From Camelus ferus (taxonomy: Eukaryota), in contig NC_045697.1 in the NCBI RefSeq assembly GCF_009834535.1, forward strand, positions 66,404,001 to 66,468,000: a stretch of DNA of 64,000 nt, given 5' to 3'. A program made the translations under genes and the position numbers. Numbering within the stretch: the stretch's first letter is position 1; the number at the start of each line of letters is the position of its first letter. Shown piece by piece: positions 12,071 to 22,990 of this stretch. The notes beneath the pieces were generated by a model. That model saw only the letters and a list, made by a program, of their open reading frames with translations, was not told the DNA's origin and ran no database searches.

Positions 12071-12560
12071 GAGTGGGTACGTGAGTGAAAAGAGTGACTG
12101 GTAAGATGTCAGGAAACTTAGTTCATAAATTGCCAGAGGAATGTGGGAAAGAGGAAAGCAACATCTGTGCCATTTGGTAGAAATTATCAGGGTTTCTCCA
12201 AAAATTAACTGTTTTCATCTAGATGATTCTTCTGAAGGAATAGGAGATTAGCTTATTATTTAAAAGAATTGGCTGTACAAGTTTTTCAGTGCCTAATTTC
12301 TCCTGGTAGACCTTTTAAAGAGAATTTCCAAAGTACTGAACAACTACAATCTGATTCCTTTCCTTTTCTTTTTTCCTGTTTTAAAGAGAGGCGGCCCCTC
12401 AATCATGGTACTAGAGTTTTTCTTTTTCAAAATATCCATTAATTAATTAATTAATATATTTGTTCTCCTTCAAGATTTAATCGATTGAGAAAAGAAGGAA
12501 TCATTGCTAAGTTAGATTGCTACCACTTCGCCAAAAACGTTTCCTTCCTTTTCTCCCCAG

Positions 12561-12748
12561 CATCACACACGAGCTGTCTCAGCAGTCGGCTCCGCCAGCG
12601 GCTGCAGCGCCAGAGGGGCCGGGGAGCCCAGCCTCTGCCAGGGCCGGGGTGGCCGGGGTAGCTGGGCTCACTACTGCCGCCGCCTTCAAGCCTCTGGGAT
12701 CCACCAGTGGGATCAAGTCACCAAGCTGGCAACGGCCAAACCAAGCAG
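12561..12748 (+). CDS. PDLIM5: PDLIM5 constitutive linker exon (188 nt, phase 2/1): ITHELSQQ...LTTAAAFKPLGSTSGIKSPSWQRPNQA
   Basis: ttccttccttttctccccag acceptor, CAG|gtatgc donor; LTTAAAFKP and IKSPSWQRPNQ motifs typical of PDLIM5. Confidence 0.96.
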
Positions 12749-13224
12749 GTATGCTGGAGAAGTTGCTTGCTTTTTGCTTTTCTTAAGTGTAATTATGAAA
12801 ATGTGTTTGGGATATATGATCGAATACACTGGTGAAACCTAGTCTCAGCTATCTACAGTTTAAAAATTGAGAGGAATAGTTACAGCTTTGTTTCTCTCTG
12901 AAGTGTCTCTTAAACATTCTCGGTGTGTTTTTGATGCAACTGCCACTTGCTATTTCTGATTATAGAATTGGGCATGGCCTGGTTTCCCAGATTATTCAGG
13001 AAGCATGGGTTGAATTGTAAATCTAGGGTCTTACTAACGAACTATATTGTTGGAAAGGTAGCCTTGGAACTACAGCATTTTAGTTTTGATCATATATACA
13101 AAATAATAACAACAGAGGCATTTGTTGCTATCAGACAGTTACTGAAGAAAAGGACTTTTACTTTTTGTCCTCTGAAGATTCACGAGGCAGAAGCGGAGGA
13201 AGGACGCAGTAGGTACTAGAAAGA

Positions 13225-14150
13225 GAGCATTTCTAGCATGGTAGGAGGGAGCAGCTTGGGCTTCATTTGGAGATCTGAGTTTTTATTCACTTCTGCAGAT
13301 AAACAGCTTTAAATAAAGTCACTTAACCTCTTGACACTCAGTTTTCAGATTTGCAAAATGAAAAGAAACTAAATATTTCTCCAAACACAAATGAAGGTTA
13401 TGATTCTAGGACTAAAGTACCTCTTAACAGGAAGATGAGACCGTCCTTAAATGTTGCTGATCCTTCCCTCAGCCTTCATCTCTTCTTACTCTCTGTGCTC
13501 TCCCTGGATGATGCGTCATCCAGATTCCTTTTACTACCCTGCCCCTGATGATCTGCAGGCCTCTCTCTCCTGAACCCCGTATTCTCAAACTTGTTGACCT
13601 GCCTGCTGTCCCAGGTGGCACCGTAAATGCAGCACATCCAAAAATAGCATCACCCATCCCTGGCACCCAGGCACCACAGCTAGAAAGTAAGGTTGAGACC
13701 CTCACCGCCGGCCCCATGGTCTCACAGTAACTAACACCTAATGGTTCCTCTTCTTAGTACTTCTCACGTTTCTTCTCTGTGTGGTCAGAGCCATTGCTTT
13801 GGTACAGGCCCTTGTCGCTGAGAACAGCTTCTAACTGATTTCCCAATCTCCTCACCCCATCGATTTGTCCTCCGTTACAGGTGATCTTTCTTTGCCCATG
13901 TCACTCTCCTGCCACACATGCTGTGCTGTGTTTCCCCCATTAAGACCGTATCCACTCTGACCTCTGCTACCTTTTCAGTCTCATCTCCTGCTGCTCCCAA
14001 TTTATAATCTGTGCTGTGGTCTTCCTGAAGTATCTTCAGTTACTGAGACATGCCATGTTACCTTATTTTTGAAAGTTCTGGTTCCTCTGCAAAGAAGGCA
14101 CTCCCCCCCCCCATCTTATCCCCTGTGTAATTCCAGTCCTTCCTTATCAG
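13225..14150 (+). mobile_element. MIR fragment followed by LINE-2 fragment
   Basis: aagtcacttaacctct..gactcagtttt MIR core, then pyrimidine-rich L2-like sequence; boundaries approximate. Confidence 0.55.
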
Positions 14151-14979
14151 TTTTGGGATGAGTATTGAGTGACTGCACAAGGGGTTGATTTGAAAAATAT
14201 GATAGCTTTAAAAAAAAAGACCGTTTATTATTATTTAAGAATTTTTTAAGTTATAAGAGTGGAAAGAGGGGATTTTTAATTAATTTCATTAAGAATCCAT
14301 CTTTGTTTTGTATTTTCCATAGTGTTTAAATATATTAACACTACATTTATTGTAAGTCAGTTATCTTTAGAAAATTACTGATTATTTATATAGTTAAAAT
14401 TTATTTCATAGTGTCATTTTGTATAGTTTCTAATTACCATTGCTAATTTTGCAAAGAAGCTACAAGTTTTGTGTTACGAGAGAAAGAAAAAAAGCCATTG
14501 CATATGATCTTGACTGTTTTAAAGAAAAGACTTTTATTACTTTTGAACCCTTAAAATATTTAGACTAATATCATTAGAGATTTCTGCACTATTTGACTTA
14601 GCAAGATCTATTCTCTTGAAAAAAATGCTGATGGCTCAGCCCTACACATTTTAAATTATTTCCATTTCCTTAAAGCTTAGCTATGACAATGGAGAGTTGC
14701 TGTAATTATTTTGTATGTGATTAGAATACAGAAAGCAACTTTCATAAAATTTTTTTTGGTATGGTAATTGAAAGGGAACAGGAAAATGTTTCCTAAAAAA
14801 GCAAGGAAAAAACTAAATTTCAGAGGTAGAAACTTAAGGAAGGGTACAAAGTATATGTGCTGTGAAGGGCAGAAAGTGTATGTACTGCTTTTGGAAATTC
14901 CGAAACTGGTCAAAATACTGCTCTGCCTATTAGAGTGAAAAGATGTGGAACTCCTGGAGAATACACTACAGCAAAATTA

Positions 14980-14993
14980 CCACGAGAGGGCGA
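14980..14993 (+). promoter_or_regulatory. Candidate CTCF binding site CCACGAGAGGGCGA
   Basis: Close match to the CTCF core (CCASYAGRKGGCRS) with two retained CpGs in an AT-rich intron. Confidence 0.45.
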
Positions 14994-15453
14994 CAGAATC
15001 CTTGTTTCTCTTGGTCTAATTTAGTTTGTTACAATAATCAAAGCAGGCAAATAATATAGATATAAAACTATAATCATGATTCACTTGGTTAATATTTAAA
15101 ATATTAATCTTTTTACAGAAGATATAACTGAATCTAGTTGAGAAAAACTACAACAGTACAGAAAATTATACAGTGTATATAACACTATAAAGCATTAATT
15201 ATTATTAAAAGAAAATGTTTTGCAGTTGTGAAGTTTTAGTTGAACTACATCATGATGCTAAGCTCAAATCAAAAAATATTTGCAGAACTCTTGCTGTTTG
15301 TCTTGCTCTAGGTTCTACAGACTGACAATGAGTTTATGTTATGTAAAAGTTACTTATTTTATGCTATTTTGTAAAAATTGTAAAATGAATACAAAATTCC
15401 CAGCCACCCAAATTCTATAATTTTACTCTACCTAGCATTACACCATATTTCAA

Positions 15454-15484
15454 CAAAACAAAACAAAACAAAACAAAACAAAAA
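15454..15484 (+). repeat. (CAAAA)6 microsatellite
   Basis: Seen directly. Confidence 0.9.
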
Positions 15485-17209
15485 CCTCAGAATCTACTTA
15501 GTCTTTGATAAATAGTTTCAGGGGCTTCCTAATGCAAATGAAAAAGTTCTTCTGATTTAGAAGGTGGTAGCTGTTTCATGATGGGTTCTTAACGTTCTTC
15601 ACAACTCACCTGTGAAAACGACAGTGCCAACCAAAGAGTGCAAAAGCTAGAGAGGCCAGTCGCTGCACTAGTGTGGACTCAGATCAGACACTGAACAGGT
15701 GGCGTTTCTTTTCTCATGCTGAGAACTTCAAGCTTCTTTCTCTTGTTAGTTCACAGCTGTGCTCTAGTGTGGGCAAAAAAAAGGGGAAAAAAAAAGATTT
15801 TATTACCCCCCTCACCTACCCACCAACACCAAAGATATCATTTTAAAATAATTCCTGCAGTTGGATGGGAAGGATGGGAGCAGAATCAGCAAAATGCAGT
15901 CTATGGCCCACTTAATTGATCGTGAAACAGTGTAATGGACACAGTCAGTCTTTTCATAAAAAGTGAAACAGAGTAGAAAATATGAGAGTATTTTACTATA
16001 TGAAGTATATTAACATATTCAGGGTACATATCACATTATGAAAATGTGGTTTTAGTTTATGGATGTATATATACATGAATATGTATGTAAGTGTCTATAT
16101 ATGCACACATACAGACACCTATATTTTGAATCTTTCTATTTTTATAGTTAAGAAACAGTTTGAAAGACACTTATTTAAATAAGTATTTTAGTTATACTTT
16201 TGCCTATTGGGTGATGACTGATTTAGTTTTGAAATGATAACCAAAAAACACAAAATCAAAAACAAAAGGCTACACTGAAAGGGCTAATTGGAATTTTAAG
16301 ACCTACAAGTGCATTCTGAACCTGTCATGGGTTTCTGTTACCTCCATTGAAGTTCTGACTTTAAATCTGAGATCATTTCACTTGTGGTATCATATAGCCC
16401 GTGTTACCCAGAAGTCTTTCAAGAGCACAGTAATGCAACACCAGTTGACAAATAGGGACTAGGTGTGTATGTCACAGCATGATAGTTTAGACTGGATTAT
16501 CTTCTTTTTCTCAGGAGTGTAGTTTAACATACACTGCCACACATACACAGCTTACCAGAGACGGACAGCTAAATATTTCAGGATACAAAATGTTAAAAAG
16601 TTCATAGCCTGCATGAAAGTATCAAGATACAAAAGAAGTGAGAATCCATGCTTGAGCTTTACGTAAGCTAGCCATATTACTTCCTACATGCACCTTGTCT
16701 TTGGTAATAACTTCCATAATTCCAATGCAGTAGTCCCCTTTAGAAATGTTTACTGGAGCTAGTAAATTACATAAAAGGCAAGATTCTTCTTGTTATTTTT
16801 CAAAATTGAGGATTTGTACTTCTTTACACTTATATTTTAACTCACTACATTTGTACGTCTGACAGGCTTTTTAACACTTGAAATTTTCATATTGTATATA
16901 ATAAGTGGTTAGATAGATATTTTTAAAACCCTTTTAAATTTAACAGTATACATTTAAAAATATGTTCCTGTGTTTCTGTAGGTGACCTAATCTGGAATAT
17001 AATATTTTTCCTAGATTTGGTTTAGGTTATTGATTACCAGATTAGGTAAGTTTAGTTCATTTGATGCAAGTATATATATAAAATATTACTGTCTTACCAA
17101 ATATAGTCAGGTGTTTTTCACAAATTCAGTCTTAAAGTCATGAAGAGCCATGACATGTTGAAAGCACATAAGTTTTCTAACTTTAATTATATACACAATG
17201 AGAATGACC

Positions 17210-18090
17210 AGTGCATTAGAATATAAGCAGAGCTTTGCTGGATCAGGCCTACTGTTCGTGGAACCCAGTTTGTTGACTAGAGAGGCCCTGAAGAATAGAA
17301 ACCCCTGCCCTCTGGGGCAGCGACCTCAGAAGGCTGTAGATGTTGCCTGGATGGGGTGCTGGGACTTCAGTTTCTTTACTAAAATAAGGGTGTAAAAAGC
17401 TCCCTGTAGTATCGTTGTGGGGCTCGAATGATGCAATGTATATTGAAGTGCCTGGTACATAGAAGATACTCAAGAAAGGTGGTATGTCTAGCCCTTTATT
17501 CTTTTTAATGATAGTGTTAGTAACTTACACTGTTACCATCCAATACAACAGTTCTCCTCACGTGACTTCCCTGCTTGAAGATGTTGTGGGCCCTTTGCTG
17601 CCCACACGTTAAATGTTTGGCTTCTTAACTGGACTCACAGTCCTTTCACAGCCGTGTGCCAGCTTCCTCTCCAGCCTCACTCACTTTGTATTATCTTTCC
17701 TCGTGGTCCCTCCGGTCCTGGCACACTCAAGTTTGTGAGTTTATACCATTCCTCAGGCGCACACGTCTGTACTTTGTACAAGGGGCTTCTTTTACTTAAA
17801 CTGCTTTCCCACCCTTCTACCCGTGAGAAATTTCTCTCCACTCCTTAATACCGGATGTCATCTCTTCTGTGACCCTTTCTTGAGTCCTCTGAGTAGTTGC
17901 CTATTCTTTCTCTATGTTCCTACAAAATTTTGATGATGGCTTTATTGTAACATTCATCCTGTTCATTTTGGTTGTTTACATATGTGTATTTTACCTGTGT
18001 TTTTAGAACCCCTTAAGGACAGGGACCAAGTTTTACTATCTTTGTTTTACAGCACTGAACCAATAGCTGGTACCGTTTACAGGCCCTCAT
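17210..18090 (+). mobile_element. MIR plus LINE-2 fragments
   Basis: cttcagtttctttactaaaataaggg...gtgcctggtacatag; ccttaaggacagggacc L2 3' motif; approximate. Confidence 0.55.
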
Positions 18091-19498
18091 TCTGTAAATG
18101 CCAGTGCTAGGTTTGTTTGTCTTATTTTGGACATCCTCAGATGATTTGAAGGATTCTCCAGACATTGTTTTTCCCTCCTGCCAGACTTGAAATCCCCACG
18201 GCAGTCACTGAACAGGGTGGGCGTGCTGCCTGCCAAGGGCCACCATTAAAAACCATACATACAGATAAAGGAGAAGGGGCTTTCACTGTCCTTGGAGATT
18301 AAATTCCCAGAAGGCTTAAAAGTTGCAAACATAAACAATACTGTAACTAGTACTGTATTATTATTTTCCAGTAATTAAAAAAATTAATAATAGATCTGAA
18401 GCCATCTGGTAGGAAGTTTTTTCTCAAAAAATATGGAAATTTACAGCATATAAGAAACCAAGAAGTGGAATGCAGAGGAAATATTAGGAATAGTTCACCA
18501 GCCTTGTCACGGTGGACAAATTAACTGGGATGCAAAGCACCAGTAAGTAACAGAAATCAATTTAAAAAAAATACAGAATTAAATCTGATTATAAGGTCCA
18601 GGTCAGAAGGCCTGGAGGTCTGGGTCAGTGGGAACCAGAGAAAAAGACCAATAAAGTTCCAGTGATACAGTCTTGAGGTAGCGTGTGTATTTGTCTATAG
18701 TGGAGTCATAGTTTATGCAAGAACAAAGTGTTCATGTTTGTGCGTAAAGTAAAATCATATGCAGTCAAGGCCCCCTTGAATATTCTCAGGAAGAGGCCAA
18801 GTTGGAGAGGGAACAACATACGTGGAAGCTCTCAGAGAACTTGGCTTCTCTGCGGAAGGGCAAGTGGTTCAGTATGTTCAGGACAGTAGAGTGGCTGGAA
18901 AGAAGGTTGGATGGATTAGTGGGGGTCTGCTCAGAAAAGGCTTTGAAAGTAAAAAAGAGTGTGGATAGATGCAGAAAGGAAGCTATGGTAAGATTTGTAA
19001 GTTGGACCGTGACACAATCAGATTGGCATTATTGACAGATCATTACTGCATTAATGTGTTTAAAAGGTTATCATGACTTCAGTATAGAGATTAAGACTGG
19101 AGTCCTAGAGACGACTGATGCGTTTGTTGAGGTAATCCTGTGCAGGGGTGATGATAATGAGTATTAACCTGGGCATTGACAGTGGGAGCAGAGAGAATTC
19201 CAACAGCAAGAGAATGCAAAGTACTTACACTTTAACCTGCCTGGGAGGCAGGTTCTAACCACCGCTCCCCTGGGGAGTGTTGTCCCTTGTGGAGTATTCA
19301 TGTATCCTCTGTTAGAACCCTGGTAGAGGATTGCATTTGGCTTAAAGAAACTATACTTTGTTTTAATTCAGACTATGGCTCAAAAATTGATTGTATCTTT
19401 AAGTTTATGTAATGTGTGTAGTTATAAAGTAAAAATCTGAGTGGATTGCACCTTGTACTTGAGAAATATGTTTAAGTTTGCTTTTCTAACACAACTAG

Positions 19499-19522
19499 TC
19501 TATTTTTGCCGCATTTCCTCAG
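19499..19522 (+). CDS. Candidate 24-nt in-frame PDLIM5 microexon (VYFCRISS)
   Basis: ctag| acceptor at 19498, consensus CAG|GTGAGT donor at 19523, phase 1/1 matches host intron, no stop; unverified. Confidence 0.45.
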
Positions 19523-22276
19523 GTGAGTGCATTCATTTCCTCTAAATCAGTATGTGCTAAACGTTCACTCTTTTTCATTTCTTTATAGTTGCAAATACAA
19601 GGTTGGTTGCTTTGGCATGATCCGCACTGCATTGCTTGCCTTTGCAGGAAGCACTTGTACTACATGTTGTCATGGAAATAAATATCATGAGATGAAAAAG
19701 GGGTTTCTTCTGAGACTAAAGAAGAAAAACTCTATAGCGCCCCATTGGTCAAAAATTAAATACTTATGTTATTTGTGTGTAGTTCAGAAAGCTTTAAGTC
19801 CATGCATAGACTTTACTTTTTTTTTTCATTAATTACGGATTATTTCTTCCCACTTTTAAAAATATGTCGATTTTGAGAGCATTTGTAATGATTCTTAAAT
19901 GTGTTAACATTGTAAATTTTTAATAAATAACACAGTTTGTTGCTCAGAAAAAGCATTGAGCTATACAGTACTGGCTAATGCTCTAATCACCATTTTTCTT
20001 TAGAAAATAGTATGACTTTATTTCATAGAGCCATTGAAAATAAGCTGTGTTATGTGTTCTTTCTTTGTCATGTAGTGGTGTCTAGCCATGCTGAAATGTC
20101 TCCTTTTTCTGTTTTCTTTGCAGTTCTTGTAGCATGTTAGAATAATGCCACCTTCATTCTTTGTTTAATTACACACAACTCCATCTATTCTGTCCCCTGA
20201 TGCTGGCAAGAAATTATTGGATTTCTTGTTTTTACTTTTATTATTAAATGTGTCCATGGAGGTAGACATTCTACAGAGAAAAGTAAAGGTATTTACTGAA
20301 TATTATGGTGATATACCCAGTACACAAGCAGTATTTTATCATTTAATATGAGACATTCTTAACCTCCTTTACTCCATATGTAACAAATATTTCCCTATAT
20401 TCTACTTACGGCATCGTTCCCTTCACGTGTATCAGGTACAAGTTTCTTCTGCTGTCTGAAAGCAGAGGTTCTTACGAAACCTTTTGTAAGGCAAAGTCAT
20501 GGAAAGCAAAGAAGCAATTACCTTTTTTCATAAAAGTAAAAATCCTCTTTAGATTTCTTTCGGTTTAGTGAAAATGAGCACTAATGAAGTCTTTCATAAA
20601 AGCAAAGTGGCACAAAACAAACTTCCTGAAAGCGGAGAATATCTGTAATATGTATACAGGCTTCTTATTAGTGAATTGCTAATTTTTTTGTGAAGCAATT
20701 TTAATATATGTAGTAAAAGCGAGAGCTTATAGTTGGCAATGAGATTTGCAAACATCAGTATTTCTTTTTTAAAAGATGAATTGTGTTTTGAAAAAGCACA
20801 GTGCAAGTAAGCACTTGGAATCATTTGCAAATCTTTTAGGGACACAATAAATTTCTTTTGGTCAAGTGAAAAAGGGAAAAAGATACAAGCCTACTTTCAA
20901 AATGAATATTCAGTTAATTTTAGCTCTGTTATATTGTCTTGGGGAGTACTCACTGGGCCATTTGGAACGCAAGAATATAGTTGGTAGCCTTGAGAGGAGC
21001 AAACATCCTCTTTTAACAGTAAAATAGTGGATATCGTTGATTAGTAGTAATAATCATGTTTTTATAATTTTTCAGTTCTTTAAAGTATCCTTTTATTCAG
21101 AATATACAAAAAGGTAATATCATTAAAATTTTAAATGGGCATCATTTTCCCAGTGAGGTAATTCAGAGTCAAAGAGGTGTCAAAAAATTTGCTCAGGGTC
21201 CTATAGTGATTTGAACCCAGTTATTTTGACTAAATGGTGCAATTTTCTATATCACAAGATCACATCAGTGAATATATTTAGGAAGAACTAGCTCTCTTAG
21301 GGATAGCCTAGAAAGAGCAGATAGACTAGGTAACTTGCAATTAGTGAGATCTGTTTCAAGTAACATTTTCATTGCTTCTAAATTGCAGTTTTTAAATTTA
21401 TCTAAGATTCTAGTTAACATGACCCTTTACCATACCCTGCTCCTGGTGTATGCTACATTTTAGAAATTTAAAAAAAAAAGCTTTTTTATTCATTATGGAC
21501 AGAGCTTTGGAGAGATCTGATGCAGTCTTTTTTTCAAGGAAGACTTGGATGTATTTGTGAGATCTGATTAGATCGAAGACTGAATGATGTGCATCTCAGT
21601 TATAAGTGGATATAAATTCTATATTTTATTTGAGGTCTAAAGGAGATAGGGGTGAGAAAGGAAATTACTGTTTCTACAACCATCCCGAATTTCATTGTAG
21701 GCTTTCCGCTGCAGTAATAAATCGAGATAACTAGATTTGCTTAGCTAGGATGGATAGATTTATTGGTTCCATTTTTAAATTTTGATATGAATAAGTAAAC
21801 TGCTACCAGTTGCGTATGTTTCATCTCTTCTAATAATGTTTTATTGCCATCTGCTCCCCTGCATTTTGACATCATTAAACTAAACAGTTCACTTGCTGTA
21901 AAGGCTTAACTGGTGTTGTCCATTGTCAAAACCATGGTGTGAAGCATGTAAATATCCCCTGTCTCTTTATGTAACAAATATATTTTTGTTTAGAATTATG
22001 ACTCTCATACAGGAAAAAATCAAAGTAACAGCCATTAACTGCCCTCTTTTTTTTTTTTAATTTTAAATGTCCTCTGATTGGAATTGACCCCCTTGCTGGA
22101 AGCTTCCCACGGTGATGCAGGTGCACTGTTTTGAAAGCTCTTCTTCCTCCCCATTCTCCTCTCACCCTGAGATCAAAATATTAAGTCATTTTTAAGGGAA
22201 GATACTTGGATTTATTCACATATGCTTTTCATGCAGAATTATTACATCTTATTAATTAATGCATATGATTCAAACC

Positions 22277-22460
22277 AGGGGCCCTTGGCCACCTCTGCTG
22301 CACCACCTGTCTTTGTAAATAAAGTTTTACTGGAGCACAGAGATGCTCATTCGTTTACATGTTGTCTGTGACTCCTTTCATGCTTCAGTGGCAGAGTTGA
22401 GTAGTTGCAACATAAACTATATGGCCCACAAAACTTAAAATATTTAGCCATTTGCAGAAA
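22277..22460. mobile_element. MER58A-like hAT DNA transposon
   Basis: gtaaataaagttttactggagcacag...gcagagttgagtagttgcaac...atggcccacaaaactt motif. Confidence 0.75.
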
Positions 22461-22789
22461 AAAAAAAACTTTAGGTTTAAACCACAGGTGTAAGAAAAAC
22501 CATGCCTGATAATTCTGCACAGCAGCTGTACACTTTACTGGGGATCTTGGGCACCCTCGTCCGACACTAATCCTAAGGCCCTGAGTTGCCTATTTGCTTG
22601 TGAACATCACCCATAAGAAGGGAAATTCTTTGGGAGCAGGTATCTTACTCTTAGGTGTATCTTTCATACCAGAAGATTTCCTAGAGCTGAAACATTAAAT
22701 GTGCTCACTAGGTAGCTGTTGAATGGATATTTTCTTTTTTTTAGCCATGTAGGATCTGGTGTCAGAGTGTAATAATGACTGACAGTGAT

Positions 22790-22990
22790 GAAGCATTTCT
22801 TCCACATTCAAGGAACTGTAAGCAAACACTGCTTATACCACCTTATTTAACCCTCTTACACTTTGAGGTCGTTATTTTTGCTATTTTACAGATGAGGGAA
22901 GCTGAGACCCAAAGTGATGACATTTCTGAGTTCACACAACTAGAAATGAAAAGAATGAGGAGTCCACAAGTATCTTAACATTAGTCATTA
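22790..22990 (-). mobile_element. MIR SINE
   Basis: attttacagatgagggaagctgagaccca core. Confidence 0.65.

Noticed and set aside
19527..19832. 101-aa ORF with a phase-1-compatible tttgcag acceptor at 19647
   Set aside because: No recognisable protein, weaker pyrimidine tract, internal AATAAA, and frame compatibility has a 1-in-3 chance; the neighbouring sites are better candidates.
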